64,000 bases of DNA, taken from Octopus vulgaris. Taxonomy: Eukaryota. The notes below the pieces were generated by a model. It was not told the DNA's origin, ran no database searches, and saw only the letters and a list, made by a program, of their open reading frames with translations. Location: assembly GCA_951406725.2 (NCBI GenBank), contig CATOCA020000001.1, positions 992,001 to 1,056,000 on the forward strand. The letters are read 5' to 3'. Shown one piece after another: positions 28,979 through 43,937 of the stretch. The position numbers and the translations under genes are program-made. Every line of letters starts with the position of its first letter. The stretch's first letter is position 1.

Positions 28979-29027
28979 GCTTCTACAGGACTAGAACTGT
29001 TTCATTCAAGAGAAATCTTCAGGAAAA
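28979..29027 (-). ncRNA. Type I hammerhead ribozyme-like motif
   Basis: tttc-CUGAAGA-uuuc ucuu gaau-GAAACAG-loop-CUGUA-gaag: conserved core with stems I, II and III pairable. Confidence 0.65.
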
Positions 29028-29064
29028 CATATAATATATTTATATATATATTTATATATATATA

Positions 29065-29435
29065 CTAGCAGTATCGCCCGGCGTTGCTCAGGTTTGTAAG
29101 GGAAATAACTATAAAGCATTTTTAGAGAGTTATAGCCAAAAAATAGCAAAAAAATGGGGAAAAAATTATGGTAAATTTTTTTTTGAGAGTTAAAAAAGGT
29201 GGAGTTGCGTCCCCTAGACGGTCTGTGGTTTGGGTTTCTGATTCTCGACCCCATGTCGAATTTATCGATTTTTTTCAGAACTGGGGGAACTTTTCAAAAT
29301 TTTCGCTGCGTTAGTTTTGAATTATGACATTGGGCTATGTGTGTGTCAAGTTTCATCAGAATCGGTTGAAAGCCGTGGTTAGGGTGAGGGTACGAGAAAA
29401 CAGACACACAGAAACACGCACAGACAAACTGCCGT

Positions 29436-29440
<5 letters not shown>
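29065..29440 (-). mobile_element. Non-autonomous Helitron-like element
   Basis: 3' end reads hairpin (cctgagcaacgccggg)...CTAG|T; 5' end lost in (TA)n. Confidence 0.6.
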
Positions 29441-29488
<48 letters not shown>

Positions 29489-29575
29489 TTATATATATAT
29501 TTATATATATATATACATTTTTATATATATATATATATACACACATATATATATGCATATATATATACATATAAA

Positions 29576-29662
<87 letters not shown>

Positions 29663-29708
29663 TATGTATATATATATATATATATGTATATATATGTATA
29701 TATATATG

Positions 29709-29756
<48 letters not shown>

Positions 29757-29782
29757 TATATATATACATATAAATATATAAA

Positions 29783-29815
<33 letters not shown>

Positions 29816-29879
29816 GCGTATATACCTACATGCACACACACACATATATATATATACCTACATATATACATATACATAC

Positions 29880-29935
<56 letters not shown>

Positions 29936-30020
29936 GTGTGTGTGTGTGCATATGTTCATGTCTCTGTCTACCTGTCTCTCTCTCTCTTTCTCTCTCTCTA
30001 TATATATATATTTATATATA
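29440..30020. repeat. Long degenerate (TA)n tract
   Basis: Direct inspection. Confidence 0.95.
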
Positions 30021-30799
30021 TCTTATACATTGAAGACTTTTACCAACCTCATATATGCACACCAAACTTTCCGATCTGCATCGGTTAAACTATCTGTATA
30101 GTGGACAATTGGATCAACGACATCTTAGAACATCATAGAACATCGAGTGATCCAACTTAGCAACGAGTCGACACTCACTCAATATTTCCGCTTCACCGAC
30201 CACTCTGCGTAACGCCTCTCGGTTTTCGATTTAAACCTTCAACACCGGATTACCCATCTCTCATTTCTTTAGGGAAGAAGTGTATATCTTTCTGAAAACT
30301 TGTCCGCCTTTTGATTTAAATTCCGTCGCTCACATTTTTCATCTACATTTCAACTCCCCACCATCTACTGTACCAATATATGCTTTACTTCTCTGCTTCG
30401 ATTCTTTTTCTTTTTCCTGCTGCACCACACCCACTAACCCTCAGCCACACATTATTTGTCCCTGCTCCCATATTTACACTTTATACACACTTCACATGCT
30501 AGCTCACAGTTTCTACATACATATCTCAATTCGGCAGCACAGTTAGTCTCTTCACACTTTATTACACCTCCCCACATCTTTCCCATTGGACATTCTATCT
30601 TTGACACATACACACTGGTACATAGACTCATACACATTCAGCGTGAGCAGCTGAGACTGTGGGTGTTATCTAGCCATGTTGATCTTGGTATACCCCTACA
30701 TATCCTGCCAGTTTTAGTGGTAGAGGCCTCAGGTACCTCCAGCATATGTCCTATCAGAAGCTACTGTCAATACACTTTCTGGCTGGACTCCCAAGTGTG

Positions 30800-31140
30800 A
30801 TCAACTGAAACTGTTATCTAGCCATCTGTTCTTGGTCAGCCCCTAGATTTCCTGTCAATTTGCATGGGTTGAAGAATTGGTCTTGCGATTTTCTCGTGTT
30901 ACATTCTAATCGCATGCCCGTATAACCTGAGAGGTAGTGCCTCAATGTAAAAAACGAAAGACTCGATCTGGAGAGACTCTGTCATCTCCAAGGTACGCAC
31001 TGGGTCGAGTAAAGTTACTCCAGAGGTTCTTCGGAGAAATCTCATTTCAGCCGCTTCTATTTGCGATCAAACCCTTTTGGTCGTTAGCCAACATTTATGA
31101 CAATAGGTGAGGATCGGCACGAAAACCAAACTAAAGATAG
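30800..31140 (-). mobile_element. RTE-like non-LTR retrotransposon 3' fragment
   Basis: AAEMRFLRR-type motif on the minus strand. Confidence 0.55.
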
Positions 31141-32034
31141 CACGTTCCGCCGAGGTCGACTTTGCCTTTCATCCTTTCGGGGTCGATTAAATAAGTACCA
31201 GTTACGCACTGGGATCGATATAATCGACTTAATGCGTTTGTCTGTCCTTGTTTGTCCTCTCTGTGTTTAGCCCCTTGTGGGTAGTAAAGAAATATGTATT
31301 CCGTCTGTCTTAACGTTCTGAGTTCAACTTCAAGTCAACTTTGCCTTTCATACTTTCGGGGTCGATAAATTAAGTACCAGTTGCGAACTGAGGTCAATCT
31401 AATCGACTGACCTCCCCCTCCCCCAAAATGTCGGGCCTTGTGCGTAGAGTAGAAAAAAATAAATCCACACACTGGTTCTATTTCACTTTATTATCCGTCC
31501 CTTTGTTAAAAAAGTGTTAAAAAATTAACAAAACGAATGTTCGATGAAACGTTCGGCTAATCAATCAAACAGATATGATTGTTATAAACCTTTTGTTGCC
31601 ATTCATGACCTCCTCAATGACTATTTGAATGTTTCCGTTCTATACTTACATAGTTGTGAGTGAGAATGTACATGAGAGAGGAAGGGAGTTAGAAAGAGAG
31701 AGTGTCTGTGTGCATGTGTGTGTGTGTATGTGTGCACACATTCATGCATGTGTGCGCTGTCGTGTCTCTGTTTGTCTGTGTGTGTGTGTGTGTGTGTATG
31801 TGCGCCTGCGTGTGTTTGTGTGCCGATGACGGTTTGTGTGATATCGTTGAATCTGTAAGTGCATTAGAGAGAAAATGTGAATGAAAAGCGTGCGAATGGT
31901 AAAACGTTTATTTCTCATATCTTTGTCTATAGTTTCCCTTTCATAAGACATGATATTGTAAGCTCCAGAGAATAACCCGGATTTTTGTTCGTTTCAATAA
32001 TAAAAGAAAAACAAGCAAGGAAAGTTTTCCTAAC

Positions 32035-32192
32035 CTTTACATTGTGCATAATTCAGTATAGGGATTGTTGCGCCTGTAGCATCCTGACACTCGCCTTTGA
32101 CAGTCACACTTCTGTTATAGACATTTTTAATATGATTTACGAAGGCTGGTAGGTGACATCCACACGTCATATTCTTATTGTTTCGGAGGTCA
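32035..32192 (-). CDS. Adhesion GPCR exon: last LRR + LRRCT cap (DLRNNKNMTCGCHLPAFV...GECQDA...YAQCK)
   Basis: 158 bp, phase 2-1, ttacag / gttagg; 'DLRNN...CxC.L' plus two further Cys. Confidence 0.88.
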
Positions 32193-32834
32193 CTGTAATT
32201 ATAAAGAGAACTCTAACTGAATGCGCTTCAGACGAACAGAGAAATTCCTGTTAGATTTGACAAGAAGCAAAGATTAGAAAATTCGAACAGGTGTATAAAA
32301 GTTATGACATTCATGGTTTTTTGCTTCCAAATTGTTAATAACATCAATAATTTGAAATGGTTTCTAGTGGAAAGTGAAAATATTTTACGCTTCTATTAAT
32401 TTTTAGCTTACATATTGAATAATAAGGTATCTTTAAATAAGAAGATTTCTATTCACTTAAAACGATACCATTTTATTGTGATTTAGGGACATTTTGGGGA
32501 CGGAAATTTGGTAGTAGCGACTTTGTGCCGCTCTCTCTGAGAAAAACTCATTTATATGGGAGGTTTTGGTGCTAAGAAGGTTGTGTTTATTCTGTGCGGC
32601 AAATATTTTTTAAGTCAGAGATGGACCAGTGCAGAAACTGAAAAATTACAGTGTTGTACTTCGTTAAGTTTCTGCGGCACAGACATGTATAGTAATGTGC
32701 TTATTTAACAAGGGAGAATTTATATACATTTTTCGAAATATCAATTTAAATCTTTTCAGTTTTTCAAACAACACGGCAATAATGGTTTTAAATTTTGGCC
32801 CAAGGCCGGCAATTTAGGGTAGGGGGTAAATAAT

Positions 32835-35400
32835 GAAGTTACCTGAGAGGTAAAAGAAAAATTAAACAGGGCATAGCAGCAAAAGCTTGCCGCATAAAAC
32901 GGTAGGAAAAACGGGAACGCTTCCTCCAACAAAATAGAGAATTCAGAATAAACACAAAACGTTTTTACAGAGAGTTAAACAAAGAAGACTATATCAATAG
33001 ACATCATGCCAACGACATCAGTGATTCAGTTATACTGGGAAGCAATATGGAACAAACCAAAACAATACAACAAAAATACTTAGTAAATTAATAGGGAAAC
33101 GGGTAGGAAGAATACAACAGAACTACAGATATGTCCCACAATCACAAGCCAAGAGATCACGGACAACTGAGGAGGACCAGCCACTGGAAAACTTTAGGAA
33201 TAAAGAAGGTTTCCAACTTCTAGTTGAAACACCCCAAAAGTACCCATAACCACGCAGCAACAGCATTCAATTTATTGATGAACCAGAATCAACATCAAAC
33301 TGAATGCTGGAAAAATAAAGATACCGCACTGCCACAAAATTGTAGACCAATAATATACCTATCAACATCAAACGAAACCCTAGCATCAGTAATCCATAAC
33401 CGGCTTATAAAGCATCTGGAAAACTACAATATTTTACCAGAAGTAACAAAAATGTATCGGATAGGAATGCATGGCTGTAAGGAGCAACCTCTGGTAAACC
33501 GAGCCATTACAGAGGACTGTAAGAGGAGAAAGACAAACTTGAACATGACTTGGATTGATTACCAGAAAGCATTCGACAGCATTCTACACTCATGTATACA
33601 GGAATTTCTCCACACGAATAAGATAGCCTCACCACTACCAAAATATTTTAAACACGCAATGGCAAATCGGAAAAATCAGTATAACATTAAAACTTACCCT
33701 ACCCCGTTAGAAGAGGGATTTTTCAGGGAGACTCACTGTCAGACCCCTGCAGTTCTGCCTTTCTCCGCCCCCGCTAACAGACTTGTTAAGCAAACCCACT
33801 ATGCTATGGACAAAAAATAAAACACCTCCTGTACATGGGTGACCTAAATATTTTCTCTAAAAGTACTATGGAACAGAGAAACCTTACCAAAATTGTCCAT
33901 AGTTTCAGTAAGGACATAGAAATGAGCATGCGGCTGGACAAAATGTGCCAGATTCACACCGAGAGAGGCAAATTAATCAGTACTGAAAACTCTGCACTCA
34001 ACATAGACACAGAAATTAAAGAATTAGACCAAGATCGCTTATTCAAATATCTGGGAATATACGAAACAGCTAAAATACAACACAGAGAAATGAAAGAAAC
34101 TTAGGAGAGAGTATTACAGAAGAGTTAAACTAATATTAAACACTGAACTTAATGCTAAAACCAAAATAAGATAATAGGGATAAACACGCTAGTCATACCA
34201 GTCACAAATTATAGCTTTAACATAATAAACAGGAAGATCAGTAAATTGAGAAACCTGGATAGAAAATTAAGAAGACTACTAACAGCGCACCGAAGTCACC
34301 TCACCAAAGCAGACGCAAGCAGAATATATTTATCCCACTTAGAAGGGGATTGTGACCTGATACAGATAGAACAATTACAATAAAATAACAACTGTTGGAC
34401 TAAGGAAGTTCTTAGAAACAAAGTGTGGGAGACTATTGCATGTAGTAATGCAACACGAGAATGAAACAGAAACAAAGTTCACTGATACATTGATTTCAGA
34501 TGATAGTATGGCGGAAATATTCAAAGAGATAAAAAAGAAACCTATGAAAATAGAATTACAAAAGATACTGAAGAAGAAATGAAGGGAAAATCACTCCGTT
34601 GCCAATATCTTGCAAGGTTTGACCAAGAGGAAGTGAGCCTCAGTAAAAGTCAAAAATGGCACAAAAGCTCAGGTCTAAAAGCTGAAACGGGAGGATTGAT
34701 TCGCGCTGCACAAGACCAATTTCTCACTACAAACAATTATAAAAACAAAATGAGGAAAATAGGCCCCAACACCAAGTGCACAACGTGCAACCAAGACAAT
34801 AAGACAGTTGAGCACATCGTTACCTGCTGCCCAGTCTTTGCCATGTCTGAATAGATATACAGACACAATAAGGTAAGCAGTTATATCCATTAGACAATAT
34901 GCCAAAATTACATTAAAACTGACAATAGGTGGTATAAGCATATGCCAAAGAAGCTACAAGACAACGATCAGGCCACAATCATCTGGAATAGGCCGGTTCA
35001 AACCAGCAAAGAAATGACAGCTAATCACCCAGACATGATAATCAAGGATTGGGGAAAACATTTGCTTACTGATAGACGGTGCAGTACCTTCTGATAAAAT
35101 AGATAAATACAATCCTCTTAAGTACGAAATAGCCCGGCTATAGTAAATGAAGAAGGTGAAGATAGTGCCAATTGTTGCCAGGTCCTTGGGAACAGTATCA
35201 GAATGTATCAAGTGGAATATAGAGGAAATTGTAACAGAGTGCCTATCAGAACTGTTACAAAAGGTTTGCCTCCTTGGCACAGCCAGAATAATCAGAAAAG
35301 TATTAGCTGAAAAGAACGGATAGCATAGTAGCCTAGGCTGCAGATAGAAAGCCCGCTATGCATGCAAGACTCCGAGAGTTCAAACAAAACCTGTGATAAA
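32835..35400 (+). mobile_element. Degenerate R4/Dong-like non-LTR retrotransposon (RT + CCHC + restriction-like endonuclease)
   Basis: CRPI, WIDYQKAFDS, YMGDL, KAETGGLIRAAQDQ, CxxC...HIVTCC and RHNKV motifs; many stops and frameshifts. Confidence 0.88.
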
Positions 35401-35409
35401 AAGAAATTG

Positions 35410-37170
35410 GATAATGGAATGTATGAACCTATTTGGTATTGCATCGAATATTGAGCGATTGCTCGGAAAAATTATGGCGAATTGGAGGACGGACCTGACA
35501 GAAGTTTAGGGAGAGTTGAAATCAGGAGGGGTATCTTCCAAGGGGACTGCCTGTCACCATTGATCTTTGTAGTGTGCTTGATACCACTAACACTGTTACT
35601 GTGGAAAGCAAAAGTTGGGTATGCATTCAAAAGCCGCCAACAAAAAGTCAACCATTTGTTATTCATGGATGATATCAAACTTTATGGTAAAGATGAAACC
35701 CAAGTCAGTTCCATCGTTTATACGGTGTATACCTTCAGTGCTGATATTAGAATGGAGTTCGGACTGAGAAAGTGTGGTGTGTTAGATCTGAGGAGAGGTA
35801 AAATCAAATGAATGCACGGACTAACGATACCGTCGGAGGAGGTTATGAAGCAGAATAGAAGAGACGGGCTATAAGTACTTGGGGGATTTTGGAAATGGAT
35901 AAATTGACGGAGAAAGAAATGACAGAAAAATTTAAGGAGGAGTACTTGCGCAGACTGAGACTGATCCTTAAGTCGAAATTAAATGGACGGAATAAGATGG
36001 AAGCTATCAACACCTGGGCGGTTTTAATCTTTAGATATGGAGCAGGGGAAATCGCATGGACATTCGCGGAACTATACAGCTTAGACAGAAAGGCAAGGAA
36101 GCTGCTTGCCAGATATGAGATACTCTACATAAAAAGTGTCACAAACAGACTATATGTACCAAGAAAAAGAGGGGGAAGAGGACTGACTGGATGCGAACAC
36201 AGCATTAGAGCAGAAGAAAACAACATAACAAAATGCTACAGAACCGTTTTTATTAGAAGAAGGTGAGGCTTGTGTAGGATGAAATATTGCAAAGATAAAG
36301 CACTGTACAAGCAATTGAAAACCAATGAAACTGAAAATAGGTGGGTAAAGAAAATAGTGCATGGACCATTTCATAGGGATGTTGAAATTAAGACAGACAG
36401 AGAAAAAAGATGGCTGTGGATGACTTCAAGTGATTTAAAACCGGAAACTGAGATTCTAATCTGTACTGTCCAAGTGCAAGCACAAAGAACAAACTACATA
36501 AAATACAGAGTAGACAACACAGAAGAAAGTGATAAGTGCAGAAACTGTGAAACCGCATGGCATATTACCAGCCAATGTACGCCACTAGCACAGAAGCAAT
36601 ATATGAGACGCCACGACAATATAGCAAGGCTTGTCCATTGGACACTTTGCAACAAGTATGGACTTGACAGGGGAAAAAATTGGTACGACCTCAAGCCCGA
36701 AAGCATCATCGAAAAGGATAATGCAAAAACCTTGTGGGATTTTATGACTCAGTGCAACCATGAGATAGAGACTAGGAAGCCAGACATAGTCTTAATTGAG
36801 AAAGAAAACAAACTATGCTGGATCATAGATATAACATGCCCAGCTGACAACAAGGTATGCGATAAGGAAGAAAGAAAAGTCGATAGATATGACAGGTTAG
36901 CTTGGGAGGTAAAGCAGTTGTGGTCGATGAAGAAGGTGGTAGTAGTACCAATTATTGTCGGAGACTTGGGAACAGTGAGTAAAAATCTCGAGACGTTCAT
37001 GGAAAAAATAGGGGCTGCAATAAGGGTGCAGCTCTTGCAGAAAACAACACTGCATGGAACCGCTTGAATATTCCGGAAGGTGCTCGTAAAAAAGAGGTGT
37101 TACTTTAGTTCAATGGTAGTGAACAGCTGACAACGTAGTACATCTCCAGCGTTAGAAACTGTGCAAAGGC
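35410..37170 (+). mobile_element. Second, 5'-truncated R4/Dong-like non-LTR retrotransposon ending in (AAT)n
   Basis: GIFQGDCLSPL, LFMDDIKLY, RRHDNIARLVHW, RKPDIV, IIDITCP motifs. Confidence 0.9.
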
Positions 37171-37492
<322 letters not shown>

Positions 37493-37904
37493 CTTTTCTT
37501 GAGTTTGTAAGTCATGTAATAGAAGATAACTATTTCATTTTCATTTCAGTACATTTTAATATTTCTATAGTTTTCATAGACAGAAACTTAAAGAAATCAA
37601 TCGTATATATATGTATGTATATATTTAAGTGTGTGTATGACTTTTTTTCTGTGTTTAGCCCTCATCACTGCGTCACAACTGCTGTTCGTTTATTTACATC
37701 CCCATAACTTACTGGTTTCACAAGAACAAACTAATAGAATAAGTACCAGGCTTATCAACATAAAAAAGCACCTCGCTGTGTCTCATATTTTTGTTTGCCC
37801 ACTCAGTTGTGTCTATCAAATTATCTTTGTGTATATATATATAATACACACACACACACACACATATATATATACACACATGTATGTATATGTGCATATT
37901 CGTA

Positions 37905-39324
37905 TCTAATATATCAAAGTCAATGTCTTTATGTGTGTTCGTGTATTATTCATTCGAAAACTGCTGCACCGATCATAATGAAATTTGGAACACAAAATCG
38001 AAGCCTAGGGAGAAGGGCAATGCTGTGTGTTTCATACAATTTCATGGAACAAAATTACTGAATGGATCTTTATGATATTTGAAACTTAGATTCAATGCAT
38101 AAGGGCGGGTATAATGCAACATGCTTGGTTTGAATTTCAGATGGCTTAAAGGGGGCACAACCCTCCATAAAAATTCATAAATTTTCGATGGTGATGCAAT
38201 TTCAACCATAGGTAATTGACACACATCAAGAAGTATTCTCAAAGTTTCCACTTCACATGAGGATTCTAAGATACCCTAATGGGGGCCTTAAACTCCCAAA
38301 TTTTAGTCATTTCTTTTATGATCCAAAATTAGGTGAAAAGTACTGAATCGATCTTTACGAAATTTGGAAATTATATTCTATGCATAAGGGTCACAATCCC
38401 CATGACAAGTCATATATTTTTGCTGTTGATGACATTTTTACCATAGTTATTAGATACAAATGAAGTAATATTTATAAAATTTCATCTTCTTACAAATTAG
38501 AAAAACCCCTTCATGGGGACTTAGCACCCACAATTTTGTCCTTTTATCTAAGCAAAGACGAATAGTTGTACTCTTGGAAGCTGTGGGGTCATCCGAGCAT
38601 AGAAGATGAGCATTATTTGTAATTCAATGGTACAACAGTGTAACAGTTTGCTTTGACATACACTTAGATTGTGATTTCTGGAATGTGCTGCATATAAATT
38701 GTCAAGTAAACGAGAAGCATCTTTGCCTCCACTGATTCAGTTGCAAAGTGTTGAGTAAAGTTACTTGATTGCAGATCTCCTTTCAGTCTTTTTATTGTCA
38801 CTGGGTATAGGAAGCCTCATCAGGTGACGTAATATGATTCGAAAGTTATAAGTTTTACATTTCATCCCAAGTTAGATGCTGATGGTATTGTGGTGTGTTA
38901 CTTGTAGTTCACACACATTGGTGAAGTGAGGATACTGGTGGTCAGTTGATAAGAAAATAAAAAATAGAAAAAATATACTGTAAATGGAGGGTAAGGGTGG
39001 TTATAGTATTGGATTGAAAGGCCCTAAAGAGTGTGGAGACCTTTGATGGCTGGCTATGAAGTTAAACGTGACGGCGTGGCCATGAATTTGGTAGGGGCGT
39101 GATTCCCGTCTTTAGAACTGATGGCTGGTTACACTGACAGATATACACACTAAAACTGTTATATATAGGTAATAATGATATATATGTGCGTGTGCATGTT
39201 TATGTCTGTATATACACACACCGGCCACACGCGTTATATATATATATATATATGTGAGTGTGTGTGTGTGTGTGCGTGTGTGTGTATGTGTGGGTCGGTA
39301 TGTTGGCCACTCTGTCAATTCTAG
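37905..39324 (+). mobile_element. Putative non-autonomous Helitron
   Basis: A|TC start, internal degenerate subrepeats containing aaatttgg, weak subterminal hairpin and CTAG|T end. Confidence 0.45.
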
Positions 39325-39552
39325 TTTATTATGTGTATTTATAAACATGAAGGAAACTAGGTCAAACCAACTGTCATGGTATTTGAAAATAAACTTTACA
39401 ATGATAAAGCACAATGCTCGGAAATCGTGTTGATCCGCTGAAATTTAGACCAACTCATCGCTATATTTTACCACCTACACTTAGCAAAGAACTGATAATT
39501 TGGTGAACTCATTTTATGATTTTAATTTTCCAACAAAGAGACTTGTCCTTAC

Positions 39553-39624
39553 ATTGTCTTTATACTGGGCAGGAATAGGAAAGCGCCATCTTCATACTTT
39601 TGTATTTGGTTGTTTTGCAACTTT
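39553..39624 (-). CDS. Adhesion GPCR exon: leucine-rich repeat (KLQNNQIQKYEDGAFLFLPSIKTI)
   Basis: 72 bp, phase 2-2 (typical LRR exon), ttttcag / gtaagg. Confidence 0.9.
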
Positions 39625-39955
39625 CTGAAAATAAAGAGACAAATATTACACACGTTAAGATAAGTAAAAGTAAATAAATTTGTTTTCTGTTGTTCGATAC
39701 TGTCTAAATTGCTCTTTTGTCAACACCAAGAGAATAAAAACTGATGCTCACAGACAATTATTTATTTCTCTTCATAGTTCTCATAGAAATGCTGTTTGAA
39801 CAGGAGTAAGTTTCTTCATTCTAACTTAATTATCCTTAAAGAATACATTCTACTAACCAAACAGCAAAAGATAAATGATGATAAAATATAAAAATAAAAT
39901 AACAACGACACTTTATGTGCACAATATGGGTTTACATAACAATTTATACATGTAT

Positions 39956-40004
<49 letters not shown>

Positions 40005-40012
<8 letters not shown>

Positions 40013-41205
40013 GGGAATAAATCCAAACATACAGGGAAAAACTAGATTTAGGATTAAATCAAATTTCACATTATAAATATACATTAAATTAGAGATAAAA
40101 CCACAACGAGGCAAATCAAACAGTGAAGAATATAAACCAAAACATAAAAATAAATATAATTAATATAATATACAAAATATATAAAATTTAAAATTTAAAT
40201 TATTTAAATTTAAAATTTTTAATTTATATTCATAATTTTTTATATTTTTTAAATTTTAAATTTTTAATTTTTAAACTTTTAATTTTTTAATTAAAATTTT
40301 TTTTTAATATTTTATATTACTATCAAATTTTATATAACTATCAAAAAGTATTAAAAAGTTTAATATAATATAATATAATAAGTAAAACCACTACGTACGT
40401 TTCGTGGCCATAACCCAATTCGAATTTTAATAATTTAAATTCCATTAAAATTTCGTATTATAATTATAGTCAATCTTCAGGTTAATGATAATAGTTAAAT
40501 AAATAAGCAAATATATTTAAACAATATTTTTTAAGAACTTTAATGATTAGGATTATGTCATACAATCCAATTATAATGTCAAATATTCATAGATAGAAAA
40601 TGTATTTATCTATTAAGATATAATAAGGCTTGAATAAACATAATAAACTCACGAAGAGCCTAATCTCAGTTATAGTCAATATCTGATTACCAAATTATTT
40701 AACAAAAAAATAATCACTATTCATATTTTTAAATTTTAGCTGAAAATGGCGGGCTTATTCGCAATGCATTTCGGTACCAATCTGCCTATTCGGAACAAAA
40801 ATTCAGAATTGAACTATTCCGGTGACAAATATAAATTTAAAATTAAGGATAACATCTTTATAAGAAATTATCAGCAGTTAGCGGGAAAAACCTCGTAAGA
40901 GAAAAAATCTGTAAATTTTCATAGATATGTAAAGATAAACATTCGTACATGCTACGACGAATTCTACGGTTCGCTGTCGGGTATGCTATATTGTGTTTTT
41001 TCCTTACATGTCTTGAGTTCGTTGCACTGAAGAGCATAGAATGCATATTCTGCATTGATTGCGAAATCACAGGTAATATGTAACTAATTTCTGTTTTTAA
41101 ATGACTTGCTTTGAAGTTTTGCATTCAGTACAATTTGTTTAATTTAGTAGTTTTGACTGTAAGAGTCCCACCTAGCGTGCAGTACCTATGAATAATAGTA
41201 CCCTC

Positions 41206-41210
<5 letters not shown>
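40005..41210 (-). mobile_element. Penelope-related non-autonomous fragment between (TA)n tracts, carrying a hammerhead-like motif at 40385-40484
   Basis: CUGAAGA...cGAAACGUACGUA on the minus strand; degenerate coding-like 5' part; TA-microsatellite flanks. Confidence 0.5.
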
Positions 41211-41249
<39 letters not shown>

Positions 41250-42355
41250 TTTTCAATACAGGCATGGTTCTGTGGCAAGAAGATTGCTTCTCACATACAT
41301 GGATTCTTTAATCTCATTATGTGGCACCTTGTGCAAATAGCGTCTGCTATAACCTTGGGTCGACTAAGCTTTCTGAGTAAATTTGCTACCGGAATCACTG
41401 TGGAAGCCCGTTGAATATATATGTGTGTTTGTGTGTGTGTATGTGTGTGTTTGTCTTTCTGTTTATCACCACCAACGCTTAATAACCAATGATGTTGTGT
41501 TTACCTATCTGTAACTTAGTGGTTCGGCAAAAGCTATCCGATTGATTACGTTCCAGATTTTAAAAAGTAATTACTAAGAACAATTTGGTCGAGTAAACCC
41601 TTGAAGTTAGTGCCCCAGCACGGCCGCAATCTAATGACTGCAACAAAGAATAGTAAAAGTATGTACTCCAGTGGCAATGTAATGATATAACAACTTTAAA
41701 AACAATGAATTACAATAACATTGACTATCTTCGGACTAGTTCACAACTTCAAGCATCATATTCGAAGAACATAAAACAATAAATGTTCATCTTTAATACA
41801 TACATGAATATATATATCACATATATTTAGCCACTTTAAAGTGATCATGGGCAATATTTTTTGCTTCTTATACTGCTTCTTTCATGAACAGAGATTTTCT
41901 AACATTTTAGTGTCCTAGTCACACAATCAATGACACTATTTTCTATATATTGCAATCGAAGTAAATCCTGACATGCCTGGCCATGACTACCCACCTCCAA
42001 GGAGATCAAATACAGATCGAGACCTGTGGGGTAGAGTCTTTAAGCTAGGGAAGCAGGTGTTATCTCCCGATTGCACTAAATATCGAGTGTGAGAAGCGAA
42101 CTGAATAAATCAACTGATGTGTTCTTCTGGTTAAATTGCAGCGTTGTCGTCTCGTAGACGACAGATAGATAGATAGATAAATATATATATATATATATGT
42201 AGACGACAGATAGATAGATAAATAGAAAGAGAGAGGGAGAGAGTGAGAGATAATATAGATATAGATATATATTTACATATATATATAAATACACAACTAC
42301 AAGCAGATATATGTATATGAGATAGATGTATGCATGTATGAATATTAATTAGAGC

Positions 42356-42398
<43 letters not shown>

Positions 42399-42452
42399 TC
42401 TATATATATATATGTATATATATATGTATATATGTATATATGTATATATATA

Positions 42453-42495
<43 letters not shown>

Positions 42496-42502
42496 ATGCA
42501 TG

Positions 42503-43285
42503 TACGAGGTCGTTTCAAAATTTCACGAACGAGTTCTATAACGCGCCATAAGAGGGCTGCATACAATTGTATGCGCGGTGGTACCTAGCAGTGACCTTCA
42601 TGAGGCACCCTGCTGAGTGACATCGCTGTATATACTTCGCAAGATGTGGAATTTGCATTTCGGTGATAATGTCATCTGCGATTTTTGTCATGAACAGGAA
42701 ATTAAAAGAAATGAAGAAAGTGTAATTTTGTGTTAAAATTGGGAAGTCTGCTACAGAGAGACAGAGCATGCTTTGGCAAACTCATGGCGGCGATACAGTG
42801 GGTCGTACTTAATGTTTCGAGTGTATGGGCGCACGAAAATCTACAGCTTCATCCAGAGCATGTTCATCATTTTTTCCCGACATCCTCGGCATTGTGCATT
42901 GGGAGATTTTTCAGGGAAGACGTTCGGGGAAAATGACCGGTTCTGTGATTCGCGAAGTATTGAATTTTTCTCGACAACAATGCACCTATCACCTCACTCG
43001 TAAGTTTCTTGCCAAAAGCAACATGCTATCGCTTCTGCACCTACCCTATTCGCCAGATTTACCACCTGCTGACTTGCATGTGTTCCTCAAGATGAAAAAT
43101 CAGCTCAGGGGTCGAGATCAAGAGCGAATTTAATACCATTGTTGAGATCAAGCGGTCCTCGACTCGCCTATGGAAAACTGAGTCCAGGCCGGATTCCAAA
43201 AGTGTCAGAAAACCTGGGGAAGTTTTATTATTACTCAGATAATATAAGTTACTTTTATTAAACATGGCTCCTTCAGTAACTTTAT
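42503..43285 (+). mobile_element. Internally deleted mariner (DD34D) remnant
   Basis: tacgagg TIR start; FCVKIGKSATET and PYSPDLPPADL motifs. Confidence 0.85.
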
Positions 43286-43684
43286 ATATACGACGGGTTT
43301 CCTTCAGTTACCGTGTACCCAATTAACTAACATACACGGGTTTGTTCGGTTGGAGACCAGAGTACACGCAGAAGGACTGAATACAGAAGCAAAATTCTTA
43401 TCACACAGCCATGCCAACACCTGAGCGTATACACACACACACACACACACAAAAACACTACACACACACATATTACGGAAATGGAAAATGGATTTTCCGT
43501 GATACATTAATCATTACTGCCGTTTCAACCCGTCTTCAATCGGCCCCTCACGGATGAGATAGTGGTCGCTTGGCCGCGGTGCATCTTTCTTTGCAGATTT
43601 TTCTCATCAGTTGACATTAACAAAAAGTACTCTGCTCAATAAACTCGGTTTCACTTGGTTCGATTATAATGTATTTCGTTAGTT

Positions 43685-43937
<253 letters not shown>

